DNA from: Promethearchaeota archaeon | GTDB lineage: Archaea; Asgardarchaeota; Lokiarchaeia; Sigyniarchaeales; SOKP01 | DNA: 50,378 nt | Assembly: GCA_048937405.1 (NCBI GenBank) | Contig: JBHLNF010000018.1 | Location: 1 to 50,378 of the forward strand | Direction of reading: 5' to 3' | In this document: positions 40,132 through 50,319 of the stretch, in pieces | Layout of the letters: each line of letters starts with the position of its first letter | How positions within the stretch are numbered: position 1 is the stretch's first letter | The notes under the pieces: model-generated | Seen by the model: the letters and a program-made list of their open reading frames with translations, nothing else | Databases searched by the model: none | What the model was told of the DNA's origin: nothing | Program-made: the position numbers and the translations under genes

Positions 40132-43100
40132 ATGAGAAAAATGAAATCTATAATAAAAAATAAAAAATTATATACATTGATACCAATCTTCTTATTTCTA
40201 TTCTTCAACGCTTTAAGTTTAACTTCTGTAATGGCGATACCTATGCATGATGAAGCAGCAACTTTTGATCTTGATAGTGAGGATCCTTTAGCATATGGTG
40301 TATTTATTCCTGAACCTAATATGTATGCAACCTTGTCAATCTTAGGATCAAATCAAGGAGAATTTATATTGATGGATTTAGAAGGAGCTGAACAATCAAG
40401 TCTGGTCGTAGATCAACCAGGAGAAGATATTTCCACTATATATCCCCAATATTTTGATGATTACCCATTAAGTACTACTAATTGTATCGAGACTGTAACT
40501 ATCAATGATTACATTGACCCTATCCGAGATATTTATTGGCTAAACGTATCTGCTTATAATGCTGAAAGTGCAAATCTCTCATCTTATAAGATAAATACAG
40601 CTTATAATTACTTTGTAATGAATGAGGGAGGAGAATTACAAATCCCCCTGAATCATTCTATCCCAATGCAGATTGATATTACTATTGATAGTACTGGACC
40701 TAAAATCCTTAAATATGACTGGTTAACTGATGATCCAGCAAAGATTACTGAAAACCATGATCTTGTATCTCCTTCAGGAAAAACAATAATATCTTTTCCA
40801 TGGAGCGCGGTATATACTCCTACGACTCCAGATGTAGAGGTATTTGACTATATTATGTTTTTAGCTCCTGAAAAAGGTACTTATCGTTTATTAATTAATG
40901 CAAAACATGACGAAGGCAAACCAGCTTACTTGAATTTAGAGTTTTTGAGCTCTTCTATTTCTTCCTTACCCGTGGAATCATTAGAGTTTTGTGGAAATAG
41001 TGAGGATATTTTGGCAATTGAGGAGAGCGAACACTCTACATGGCAATCAAATTGGTTAAGAATCAATGGTAAAAAAGGGGATATTTTTAGAGTTGATTTG
41101 AATAAGGATTATGCGACTGGTTATGAACCTATAATATTTATTTGGATACCTACGAAAATGGGCTATTTTCCATCCCACATTGCTATATCTGAAGGATCTT
41201 ATGATATTTTCTTTCCTATTAACGGTTATGCATATCTTTCATTTGTAGATACTTATTATGGTGATTGGTATAGATACTCATTATTCCTAAATAAATATGA
41301 AACTTTAGATTATAACATTGGAGCGAATTTAACCTCGGTAAGATTATCTCAAGATCAAAGAAAGGCTATAGAATTTTCACTTGAGGAGGATTCTTTCATC
41401 CAGTTTAACTTTACTTCTACTCCACCAGGGAATCCTTACTTAAGTGATATAGGACTAGAGTGGATGTGGCCTGATTATACTTTTTTGTTTATGGATTCGA
41501 AATCTCCTATTGGTTTTAATATGGCTTCTCCTTTAGATCAAAAAGTTGTGAATGATGAATTGTTTTGTTATTATTACATGCCTGCTGGAAATTACAAAGG
41601 AATGATTAAAAATTTTAATACTACTGTTGATGGTGTGTGTAAAATAAGTTCAAAATTTATTGATCTTCATAATGAGACAATTCCAATGAATTCTTATACC
41701 TATCCAGATAGATATCCTTCTCAGTTTGTGAATATAGAATTTGAACCCGATGATTATTGTAGTGATCTTCATAAGGCTCAATATATTAACATAAATATTA
41801 CAGAACCAGGGCAATATTTCATAAATGCCACAATTTATGCTTCTGAGAATGCAGGAGCCGCACTTACCCCAAGCCCTTCTGCTGTAGTATATTATAATGG
41901 TACACAGGGAGAATGGTATGATAATTCATCTATGGCGATAACTCCAGGTCAAACATTTCCCGTGTTTGATTCTACCAATGATTATCTCTATATTGCTTAT
42001 GATAGAAAATTTGGTGGTATTACTTTCGATTTCTCTCAAGGAGGAGATGCAGGGGGAGACATTTGGCCATACTTAGAAGTATGGAATGGGTTTAATTTTA
42101 ATAGTTATGTAGATTCAGACGTTGATGGTACTAATCGTTTTCAACAAGATGGATTATGGTCATTTGATATTTTTGATCCTCAATTTACAAATTGGCAAAA
42201 AGGGACAGATCTATTTGATTTACCTGATATTGAAGAAGATATGTATTATTGGGCAAGATTTGATTGCTGGGGTAGTGCTTTTACAACCTTACCAACAATA
42301 GATCTGATTACTTTATCGAATATTACTTTGGGAGGAGATATAAATCTGGTGCTTGTAGGTGATAGTGAGTATGAGTATTGTGATTTCTTTACTCCTGATA
42401 TTGTTCCCGAGTTGACAGATCTAGAGATTAATCCAGGTGGTATTTTCAATGACTCAGATGCAGGACTTGTATTCTCAAACACATTTCCAGGTATAATTGG
42501 TCTTGAGGAAGGAGAATACAAGTTGTTAATTATACCTGTAGATTGGAGTTATTCTGGACCTCTTTCATTAAACTTTGCACTTGAAAACTATTGGTCTTAC
42601 CGACATCAAGAAATATATAATATCACAGCCTTAACACCAAATCCACAGCTACATAGTTTCCAAATAAATAATTACACCAGTTATGGTTATGCTAATGGTA
42701 CTGGTCCGTTTTATGATTATGGATTAACAACACAATATAATGGTACTGAAGCTTTTGTGCCAAAGTTAGCTGGAAACAGTTATTTTCTATTAGAATGCTA
42801 TGGTGAAGCAAATCAATGGACTCAATTAGTAGTTTCTACAAATAATGTTTCAAGTTATCATCTCTATTTAATGCAGGATCTTCCTTGGGTGGATTGTTCC
42901 CCAAATAGCGAAGTTTACGATTTGGAAGGAGGATTTGTAAATAGCACTCATGAATTTGGTGTACATTCTAATCACTTTTATCTACTATTTGAAGTTGATT
43001 ATTTTGGTGGGCCAGGAGGTGAAATGGTTACTTTTAGAATAGCATTAAGTCAATATGATACAGTTGAACTTTTAGGTACGGCTCCTACAGCATCATATAA

Positions 43101-43215
43101 AGCTCCACTAGATACCTCATTAATATTTATACTCGCCATAACAATACCTGCTGCTATAGGAGTAACAGTCTTAGTTGTCTATATTACAAAGAAAAAGAGA
43201 GGTGGGAAAATATAA
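40132..43215 (+). CDS. Large secreted, C-terminally membrane-anchored surface glycoprotein (paralog 1)
   Basis: Signal peptide; acidic, beta-rich body with many NxS/T sequons; C-terminal TM helix plus KKKRGG. Confidence 0.85.
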   Translation: MRKMKSIIKNKKLYTLIPIFLFLFFNALSLTSVMAIPMHDEAATFDLDSEDPLAYGVFIPEPNMYATLSILGSNQGEFILMDLEGAEQSSLVVDQPGEDISTIYPQYFDDYPLSTTNCIETVTINDYIDPIRDIYWLNVSAYNAESANLSSYKINTAYNYFVMNEGGELQIPLNHSIPMQIDITIDSTGPKILKYDWLTDDPAKITENHDLVSPSGKTIISFPWSAVYTPTTPDVEVFDYIMFLAPEKGTYRLLINAKHDEGKPAYLNLEFLSSSISSLPVESLEFCGNSEDILAIEESEHSTWQSNWLRINGKKGDIFRVDLNKDYATGYEPIIFIWIPTKMGYFPSHIAISEGSYDIFFPINGYAYLSFVDTYYGDWYRYSLFLNKYETLDYNIGANLTSVRLSQDQRKAIEFSLEEDSFIQFNFTSTPPGNPYLSDIGLEWMWPDYTFLFMDSKSPIGFNMASPLDQKVVNDELFCYYYMPAGNYKGMIKNFNTTVDGVCKISSKFIDLHNETIPMNSYTYPDRYPSQFVNIEFEPDDYCSDLHKAQYININITEPGQYFINATIYASENAGAALTPSPSAVVYYNGTQGEWYDNSSMAITPGQTFPVFDSTNDYLYIAYDRKFGGITFDFSQGGDAGGDIWPYLEVWNGFNFNSYVDSDVDGTNRFQQDGLWSFDIFDPQFTNWQKGTDLFDLPDIEEDMYYWARFDCWGSAFTTLPTIDLITLSNITLGGDINLVLVGDSEYEYCDFFTPDIVPELTDLEINPGGIFNDSDAGLVFSNTFPGIIGLEEGEYKLLIIPVDWSYSGPLSLNFALENYWSYRHQEIYNITALTPNPQLHSFQINNYTSYGYANGTGPFYDYGLTTQYNGTEAFVPKLAGNSYFLLECYGEANQWTQLVVSTNNVSSYHLYLMQDLPWVDCSPNSEVYDLEGGFVNSTHEFGVHSNHFYLLFEVDYFGGPGGEMVTFRIALSQYDTVELLGTAPTASYKAPLDTSLIFILAITIPAAIGVTVLVVYITKKKRGGKI
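41794..42512 (+). repeat. Near-identical DNA tract, copy 1 (shared with paralog 2)
   Basis: Aligns to 44829-45544; for example 42213-42396 vs 45245-45428 differ at 5 of 184 nt by manual count. Confidence 0.9.
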
Positions 43216-46200
43216 TGAATTCGAAGAGTAATAGAAAAAAAATTTTATCATTCTTAATAGTCTCTTTCTTGCTTATACTGGGAATTTTTAATGTACCTTT
43301 TATTTATGCAATTCATATGGAAGGAGATGGAGCAACTTTTATTCCTGATGATGATCATCCTGTTCAATACGGTGTGTTTCTCCCAGAACCAAACATGTAT
43401 GGTACAATTTCTATAGAGGCATCAAATCAAGGTCGGTTTGCGATGTTAAATTGGAAAGGAGTGGAGAAAGATCATGAACTTGTAGATTTTCCTGGTGAAG
43501 ACATTTCAGATGTTTATCCTTGGTATTTTGATAAATACTATAAAGACACATCAACCAGCAATGATTTTATTGATCCTTGGATGATTGATTGGATTAATAT
43601 AACCACTCTAAATCCTCACAATATAACTCTATCAAATTATACAATTAACACGGTTTTTAATTACCAAGTTCTAATTGAGGGAAATAGCTTGATAGCTCAG
43701 CTAAATCATTCTATTCCATTTCAAATTGATGTTATGATACAAAGTACTGGACCTAAAGTATTAAAAATGGATTGGTTAACGGATGATCCAAGTAAAATTA
43801 GTCAATGGATGAGTTTAATTTCTCCATCTGGTAAAGAAGTAGATTATTATGATGAAACAGCAACATCTCATGCTGTAACACCTTCTGTTGATGTTTTTGA
43901 TTATATAACTTTTGTAGCACATGAAACAGGTGCATATCGTCTATTAGTTTATGCTAAACATGACGAAGGTAAAGCAGCTTTTTTGAATTTAGAATTTTTA
44001 AGTTCTTCAATTTCTTCCTTACCCTTGGAATCATTAGAGTTTTGTGGAAATAATGAAGATATTTTGGCAATTGAAGAAGCTGAACATTCTACTTGGCAAT
44101 CAATGTGGTATAGAATTAAAGGTGAAGAAGGAGATATAATTAGGGTGGATTTGACTGAAGACTATACTACAGGTGTGGAACCAATAATTAGTATTTGGAA
44201 TCCAGGTGAAAATGGTTATGTTTTAGATACACCCCTTGGAGCAGGTACTTACGAAATTTACTTTCCTATTAAAGAAAATGCATATATCTCCTTTGTCGAT
44301 GCTGATTACGGAGACTGGTATAGATACTCATTATATTCGAGGAAATATGAATCAATTGGATACAATATTGGAGATAATTTAACAACGGTTAGATTGTCAA
44401 GATTTGAAAGCAAGGTATTAGAATTTTCAATTGAAGATGATTCATTTGTACGATTTAATTTTACCTCGAAACAAGCAGGAAATCCTCAATTAAATACCTT
44501 AGGAACAGAAAATGCCACTATTTTTATGGATTCGAAAAAACAGGATGGTTATAAAGTACTATCTCCTATAAAGTCGATAATAGCTAATAATGAATGGTTT
44601 CATTATTATTATATGCCTAGCGGAACATATAAAGCCATAATTAAAAATTCTGATGAGGCGAATGAGGGTGTTTTTGAAATAAGTTCAAAATATGTTGATT
44701 ATTTAAATGATACAATGCCAATTACTTCGCTAACTTATCCTGATATTTATCCATCTCAATTTTTAACTATAGGATTCGATCCAGACGACTATTATGCTGG
44801 TATTCATAAAGCCCAGTGTGCTTATATTAATATTACAGAACCAGGGCAATATTTCATAAATGCCACAATTTATGCTTCTGATAATGCAGGAGCCGCTACC
44901 GCAAACCCTTCTGCAGTAGTATATTATAATGGTACAGAATCAATATACTATGATAATACATCTGCGGCGATAACTCCAGGTCAGACATTTCCCGTGTTTG
45001 ATTCTACCAATGATTATCTCTATATTGCTTTTGATAGAAAATTTGGTGGTTTTACTTTCGATTTCTCTCAAGGAGGAGATGCAGGGGGAGATATTTATCC
45101 ATTCTTAGAAGTATGGGATGGTTCAAATTTTAATAATTATGTAACTACGGACAGTGATAGTACTAATCATTTTCAACAAGATGGATTATGGTCATTTGAT
45201 ATTTTAGATCCTGATTTTGTAGCCTGGCCAAAGGGAACTACTCAATTTGATTTACCTGATATTGAAGAAGATATGTATTATTGGGCAAGATTTGATTGCT
45301 GGAGTAGTGCTTTTACAACCTTACCAACAATAGATCTGATTACTTTGTCAAATATTACTTTGGAAGGAGATATAAATCTGGTGCTTGTAGGTGATAGTGA
45401 GTATGAGTATTGTGATTTCTATACTCCTTGGATTGACTCCGATTTGTCAGATCTAGAGATTAATCCAGGTGGTATTTTCAATGACTCAGATGCTGGAGGT
45501 ATATTCTCAGACACAGCTCCAGGTATAATTGGTCTTGAGGAAGGGCTTTATAAATTATTTATTATCCCACATGGATGGGATTATCAAGGACAAATTCAAA
45601 TTGACTTTGGTATTGGAAACTTTTATTCTTATAGACATGAGCAGACGTATAACATAACTGAGGAACCGAACCTATATCCATATCAAATAAGAAGTTATAA
45701 TGCTAGTTGGTATGGACCAAATAATATCACAAAATTTAGTTATGGTTTGACTACATCTTATAACGATACTGAATCATCTATATATGGTGGTGTTGGACCA
45801 AGTTATTTTGTATTAGAATGTTATGGTGATGCATATATGTGGACACAATTGGTTGTATCAACTAATAATGTTACTGATTATACTCTTTACTTGATGCAAG
45901 ACCTCCCTTGGGTTAACAATTCTGGACCCAATAGAGAAGTTGCTACTATTGTTTCAACAAGTATTCCCGATGTTAATATGACTCATGAGTTTGGAGTACA
46001 TACAGATCATTTCTACTTGATATTTGAAGTTACCTCACCTGGTGATTGGGTAACTTTCAGAATTGATTTAACACAATATAACACCACTATATTGACTACT
46101 AGTGTACCAACCGGCTCGTATAAAAAACCATCACCAGGACTCTCTGGACTCCTTTTTTGGGGATTAGTTATTGGAGTCCCTGTTGCCGCGGGAGTTATCG

Positions 46201-46253
46201 TTCTTATCTATGTTCTAAAGAAGAAAGGTAGAATTGGCACAAAAACACCATAA
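43215..46253 (+). CDS. Large secreted, C-terminally membrane-anchored surface glycoprotein (paralog 2)
   Basis: Same architecture, colinear with paralog 1; TAATG stop/start overlap. Confidence 0.85.
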   Translation: MNSKSNRKKILSFLIVSFLLILGIFNVPFIYAIHMEGDGATFIPDDDHPVQYGVFLPEPNMYGTISIEASNQGRFAMLNWKGVEKDHELVDFPGEDISDVYPWYFDKYYKDTSTSNDFIDPWMIDWINITTLNPHNITLSNYTINTVFNYQVLIEGNSLIAQLNHSIPFQIDVMIQSTGPKVLKMDWLTDDPSKISQWMSLISPSGKEVDYYDETATSHAVTPSVDVFDYITFVAHETGAYRLLVYAKHDEGKAAFLNLEFLSSSISSLPLESLEFCGNNEDILAIEEAEHSTWQSMWYRIKGEEGDIIRVDLTEDYTTGVEPIISIWNPGENGYVLDTPLGAGTYEIYFPIKENAYISFVDADYGDWYRYSLYSRKYESIGYNIGDNLTTVRLSRFESKVLEFSIEDDSFVRFNFTSKQAGNPQLNTLGTENATIFMDSKKQDGYKVLSPIKSIIANNEWFHYYYMPSGTYKAIIKNSDEANEGVFEISSKYVDYLNDTMPITSLTYPDIYPSQFLTIGFDPDDYYAGIHKAQCAYINITEPGQYFINATIYASDNAGAATANPSAVVYYNGTESIYYDNTSAAITPGQTFPVFDSTNDYLYIAFDRKFGGFTFDFSQGGDAGGDIYPFLEVWDGSNFNNYVTTDSDSTNHFQQDGLWSFDILDPDFVAWPKGTTQFDLPDIEEDMYYWARFDCWSSAFTTLPTIDLITLSNITLEGDINLVLVGDSEYEYCDFYTPWIDSDLSDLEINPGGIFNDSDAGGIFSDTAPGIIGLEEGLYKLFIIPHGWDYQGQIQIDFGIGNFYSYRHEQTYNITEEPNLYPYQIRSYNASWYGPNNITKFSYGLTTSYNDTESSIYGGVGPSYFVLECYGDAYMWTQLVVSTNNVTDYTLYLMQDLPWVNNSGPNREVATIVSTSIPDVNMTHEFGVHTDHFYLIFEVTSPGDWVTFRIDLTQYNTTILTTSVPTGSYKKPSPGLSGLLFWGLVIGVPVAAGVIVLIYVLKKKGRIGTKTP
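44829..45544 (+). repeat. Near-identical DNA tract, copy 2
   Basis: Aligns to 41794-42512. Confidence 0.9.
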
Positions 46254-46272
46254 AACTATTTAAATAACTAAA

Positions 46273-46287
46273 TTTTCTTTTTTTTTT
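46273..46287 (+). terminator. Oligo-T terminator candidate
   Basis: T-run about 20 nt after the stop of paralog 2. Confidence 0.45.
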
Positions 46288-46807
46288 AATATTTTATAGT
46301 ATTAATAAATTTTTTATATTATATTTCAATCATCATAAAAGATTTTAAATTGGATAATAAAAATTTAAGATCCAATGAGTGTAATTTTACTTTTGAGAAA
46401 AAATTTATACAAACTAATGGAATTAGTTAAGAAATTTAAAGAATTAATCAATATAGTTTTGTAAAATAGATTTCATTCATATTAATTTCTTAATAAATTT
46501 TAAAAATATTTTTATTATTATGAAGTAAATAAAAAATTTGCAAAAAAAATTGGATAATCTTTTTCATAAAAAGTGATTTCTTTTCCATATTTTTTAAGAA
46601 TTTTTTTTTTTTTTAATTAAACTTATGAATTGTTTTAGCTTTTATTATTAAATTAAGGATGTAAGTAAGACATATTAAATTTTTAACATCTTAATAGTGC
46701 CATACCTATTATATTTACAGAATAATGGAACAGAGCGTTCATTTAATTGACGAAACATTTATTAGGATAGATAACTAAATGCATAATAGAAAAAAAAATT
46801 TTTTTCT

Positions 46808-46880
46808 AGTAGTGGAATGTTTGTTTTTTAGCCCATAATTTATTCCTCCACGAATAAAACTAAAAATTCATTCCATTACT
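46808..46880. other. Extended imperfect hairpin in a long intergenic region
   Basis: Nested stems AGTAGTGGAATG/CATTCCATTACT, TTTTTAG/CTAAAAA and TTTATTC/GAATAAA. Confidence 0.5.
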
Positions 46881-46996
46881 TACTTTTTTTTTCAAGATAT
46901 GACGATTTTAGAAAGACTTATTCTTTTTACTTCGAATTTTTTAATAATTAAATCAATTCGATTAAAAATTAAGTTTCAAACTCTAATTAGACCATT

Positions 46997-48196
46997 TTAT
47001 TCTTCAGATTTTAATTTTTTAAATTCTTGAATAAGGACTGGAATAATTTCGTTAAGATCTCCAACTATACCATAATGAGCCCAATGAAAGATTGGTGCAT
47101 TTGGATCTTTATTTATAGCAACGATAATATCTGAATTTTGCATACCCACAATATGTTGAATCGCTCCTGAAATTCCACATGCAATATATAATTTTGGATT
47201 CACAGTTTTTCCTGTCTGACCAATTTGTCTATCTGGCTCTAACCAGTTCAATTCAATTGTTATTCGGGATCCTCCCAATTCAGCCCCTAAAATAGTTGCT
47301 AATTCTTCTAAAAGTTTAAAATTCTCTTTCGATCCAACTCCACGACCTCCGGCAACAATATATTTAGCATCCTCAAGATTCACAATATTCTTAGTTTTAT
47401 TTATTACTTTTACGATTTTTGAAACAGAATCCTTTTCTTTAAATTGATATTCAAGTATCCTAATATTTACATCTTTTTGTACTTTTTCAGGCATTTTAAA
47501 AATACCAGGTCTTACAGTGGCCATTTGAGGTCTGCCAGAAGGAGTTTGAATGGTTGCTAAAATATTTCCACCGTATGTAGGACGAGTTTGAAGTAAATTT
47601 CTAGTTTCAGGATTTATTTCTAATCCAGTACAGTCAGCTGTTAAACCAGCATTAAGTCTTTTCGCAATTCTAGGGGCAAAATCTCTTCCTGTGGGTGTAG
47701 CTCCTATTAAAATTATTTCTGGTTTGTCCCTTAAAACTAGTTCTACAATTACTTTTACATACAAATCTGAATAATAGTCTTTCAATATTGATGATTTAAT
47801 ATATATTATCTCATCCATCCCATATTGGCTAAATCCTTCTAATTTGTCATCGAAATCATTTCCCAATATAACAAGAGTTAAATCTACTTTTAATTTATTT
47901 GCCAGTTCTCGTCCTTTCCTTAGCAATTGGAATGCTACATTGTGAATTTTATTTTTATAATGCTCTGCAATAACCCAAACTCCTGAAAATTGGGAAATAT
48001 CTATTTTCTTTATTTTAATGTCCTCCCGTTCTAATGAAATTGCTTTTTCAGGACAAGATTCTATACATGCTCCACAAAGAGTACAATTTGTTAATATTTT
48101 TGCTATATTATTATTCAATTCAATAGCTCCATACATACAGCTTTCCACACAGCTAGCGCAACCAGTACATAAATCATCATCTATTATTATACTCAA
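46997..48196 (-). CDS. etfA: Electron transfer flavoprotein alpha subunit with N-terminal 2x[4Fe-4S] ferredoxin domain
   Basis: CTGCASCVESC, CTLCGACIESCP, GLTADCT, QTRPTYGGN, QIGQTG, ACGISGAIQH; TTG start. Confidence 0.95.
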   Translation of the reverse strand: MSIIIDDDLCTGCASCVESCMYGAIELNNNIAKILTNCTLCGACIESCPEKAISLEREDIKIKKIDISQFSGVWVIAEHYKNKIHNVAFQLLRKGRELANKLKVDLTLVILGNDFDDKLEGFSQYGMDEIIYIKSSILKDYYSDLYVKVIVELVLRDKPEIILIGATPTGRDFAPRIAKRLNAGLTADCTGLEINPETRNLLQTRPTYGGNILATIQTPSGRPQMATVRPGIFKMPEKVQKDVNIRILEYQFKEKDSVSKIVKVINKTKNIVNLEDAKYIVAGGRGVGSKENFKLLEELATILGAELGGSRITIELNWLEPDRQIGQTGKTVNPKLYIACGISGAIQHIVGMQNSDIIVAINKDPNAPIFHWAHYGIVGDLNEIIPVLIQEFKKLKSEE

Positions 48197-48209
48197 TGAA
48201 AATTTCCTC

Positions 48210-49016
48210 TTAGAAAATGTTATCTTTTTTTAGATAATGACATAATTTTTTTACTACTTCTTCAGGAGAACCTTCTAAAATAATATGCTTTCCCTTTCTT
48301 TCAGGAAAAAAAATTTTCTTGACTTCAGTCATTGAACCATTTATACCTATTTTGGAAGGATCTGCATTTAAATTCTGAGAATCAAAATTTATCAAATTTG
48401 AGTTTTCATAAGCTTTCATAATTCCCATCATAGTTGGGTATCTAGGTTTATTTATATCGGTTAATACTGAAATTAATGCTGGTAGTTTTGTTTCAATAAC
48501 AACTATCTCTGTTGCTTTAAATTTTCTCTCTACTATAATTTTTTCTTCATTTAACTTAACTTTTTGAACATATGTGATTTGTGGAATTCCTAATTCTTCT
48601 GCCAATTCTGGAGGAACTTGCCCTGTATCTCCATCTACTGCTTGAGATCCACAAATGATAAGATACTTTTCTTCAGAATCAGATTCTTTCATAAATTTTT
48701 TAATTGCTAAAGCAAGTGTGTATGATGTAGCTAGTGTATCTGCCCCAGCAAAAGCTTTATCACTTAATAAGACTCCTTTATCAACACCCATTGCTAAAGC
48801 TTCACGTAATACTTCTTCTGCTTGAGGAGGTCCCATAGTTAAAGCTATAACTTCTGCTTTTTGTTCTTCTTTAAGTACTAAAGCCATTTCTAGTGCGTTT
48901 CGATCATTTGGATTAAGAATTGACTCAACACCTTCTCTAATTAGAGTATTTGTCTTTGGGTTGATTTTAACCTCTGAAATCCCTGGTACTTGTTTAATAC
49001 ATACGAATATTTTCAA
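48210..49016 (-). CDS. etfB: Electron transfer flavoprotein beta subunit
   Basis: VCIKQVP, NPND, TMGP, GADTLAT, CGSQAVDGDTGQV; TTG start. Confidence 0.95.
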   Translation of the reverse strand: MKIFVCIKQVPGISEVKINPKTNTLIREGVESILNPNDRNALEMALVLKEEQKAEVIALTMGPPQAEEVLREALAMGVDKGVLLSDKAFAGADTLATSYTLALAIKKFMKESDSEEKYLIICGSQAVDGDTGQVPPELAEELGIPQITYVQKVKLNEEKIIVERKFKATEIVVIETKLPALISVLTDINKPRYPTMMGIMKAYENSNLINFDSQNLNADPSKIGINGSMTEVKKIFFPERKGKHIILEGSPEEVVKKLCHYLKKDNIF

Positions 49017-49164
49017 TCTAATCTCATGACCTCATTATCTTATCTCAAAAATTATCTATTTTTTTTTGAAAGCAATAAAAAATCCTGAAAGAATATAATT
49101 TATGATGTTGATAGAAAAATCTTAAATTGAAACGGATTATTTCAAAGTTATTTACGGATCTTTT

Positions 49165-50319
49165 TTACACTCCTTTTCTTAAAAGATTACCCGCAATTAC
49201 CATTCTTTGAACTTCACTTGTTCCTTCATATATTTCGCCCATCTTTGCGTCGCGGAAATATCTCTCTACAGGATAAGCTTTCATTAATCCATATCCGCCA
49301 TGGATCTGAACGGCATCATGAGCCGCTTGCATTGCAGCTTCAGAAGCTACTAATTTTGCCATTGAACTTGCCGTTCCAAAATCTTCACCTTTATCATGCA
49401 AAAATGCTGCTTTATATGTAAATAACCGAGCTGATTCAACTGCACATACCATATCTGCTAATTTCCATTGTATTCCCTGAAATCTTCCTATAGGCTTTCC
49501 AAATTGGACTCTTTCATTTGAATATTTGATTGATGCTTCTAATGCTGCTTGCCCTAAACCTAAGCATTGAGCAGCAATACCAATTCTCCCGAAATCTAAG
49601 ATTTTCATTGCCATTTTAAATCCATCACCATATTGACCTAAAATATTTTCTTGCGGTACTCTTACATCTTCAAATACAAGTTCTGAAGTATTTGATGCTC
49701 TTACTCCTAATTTATCCTCTTTTACGCCTACAGAATAACCAGGAGTCTTGCTATCTACAATAAAAACAGTCATTTCTCTTCTACTATCTTTATCTCCAGT
49801 TTTTGCTACAACTAATAATGCCCCAGCTATACCTCCAGAGGTAGAGAAGATCTTTGTACCATTTAAGACATACTCATCACCATCTTTAACTGCTGTTAAT
49901 TGAACCCCAGCAGCATCTGAGCCCGCATTTGGTTCAGTTAAACAAAATGCTCCTACCTTGTTACCTTTTGCAAGATCTTCTAAAAAAGCTTGTTTTTGTT
50001 CTTCAGTACCATATTTATAAATTGGATAAGCTGCAACACCATTATGTACCGCAATAGTAATTCCCCAACCTGCATCTGCACGTGAAATTTCTTCAATAAC
50101 GATACAAAAACCAATAGTATCATTTTCAAGTCCTGCACCTCCATATTCTACTGGAAGGCAAGCTCCAAAATAATTCATTTCTTGCATTTTTTTGAAAGCA
50201 GTTTCATTTAATTCTTGTTTTTCATCGCTTTCCTTTGCGACAGGTACAAGGGTTTCCTCAGCAAATTTCCTAGTTATTTTTCTTAACATTTTTTGTTTTT
50301 CAGTTAACGAAAAATCCAT
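49165..50319 (-). CDS. Acyl-CoA dehydrogenase (butyryl-CoA dehydrogenase-like)
   Basis: FCLTEPNAGSD, LNGTKIF, GRIGIAAQ, ERVQFGKPI, QIHGGYG, IYEGTSE. Confidence 0.96.
   Translation of the reverse strand: MDFSLTEKQKMLRKITRKFAEETLVPVAKESDEKQELNETAFKKMQEMNYFGACLPVEYGGAGLENDTIGFCIVIEEISRADAGWGITIAVHNGVAAYPIYKYGTEEQKQAFLEDLAKGNKVGAFCLTEPNAGSDAAGVQLTAVKDGDEYVLNGTKIFSTSGGIAGALLVVAKTGDKDSRREMTVFIVDSKTPGYSVGVKEDKLGVRASNTSELVFEDVRVPQENILGQYGDGFKMAMKILDFGRIGIAAQCLGLGQAALEASIKYSNERVQFGKPIGRFQGIQWKLADMVCAVESARLFTYKAAFLHDKGEDFGTASSMAKLVASEAAMQAAHDAVQIHGGYGLMKAYPVERYFRDAKMGEIYEGTSEVQRMVIAGNLLRKGV

Noticed and set aside
41794-45544. Diversity-generating retroelement TR/VR pair
   Set aside because: Differences are not confined to adenines of one copy (G/T, C/T and indel changes occur), both copies are mid-gene, and no reverse transcriptase is in the window
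46808-46880. Eukaryote-like SECIS element on the minus strand
   Set aside because: AUGA is present but the opposing GA of the quartet is missing, and I saw no in-frame UGA in the upstream operon
46254-46996. Replication origin
   Set aside because: AT-rich, but no ORB-type repeats and no adjacent cdc6/orc1 gene
1420-49421. Short ORF-track entries nested in or antisense to larger genes (e.g. 1420, 7272, 7905, 9222, 15390, 18146, 19275, 21276, 21722, 23705, 30614, 32765, 36950, 42246, 48018, 49218)
   Set aside because: They overlap well-supported genes and lack motifs; treated as spurious
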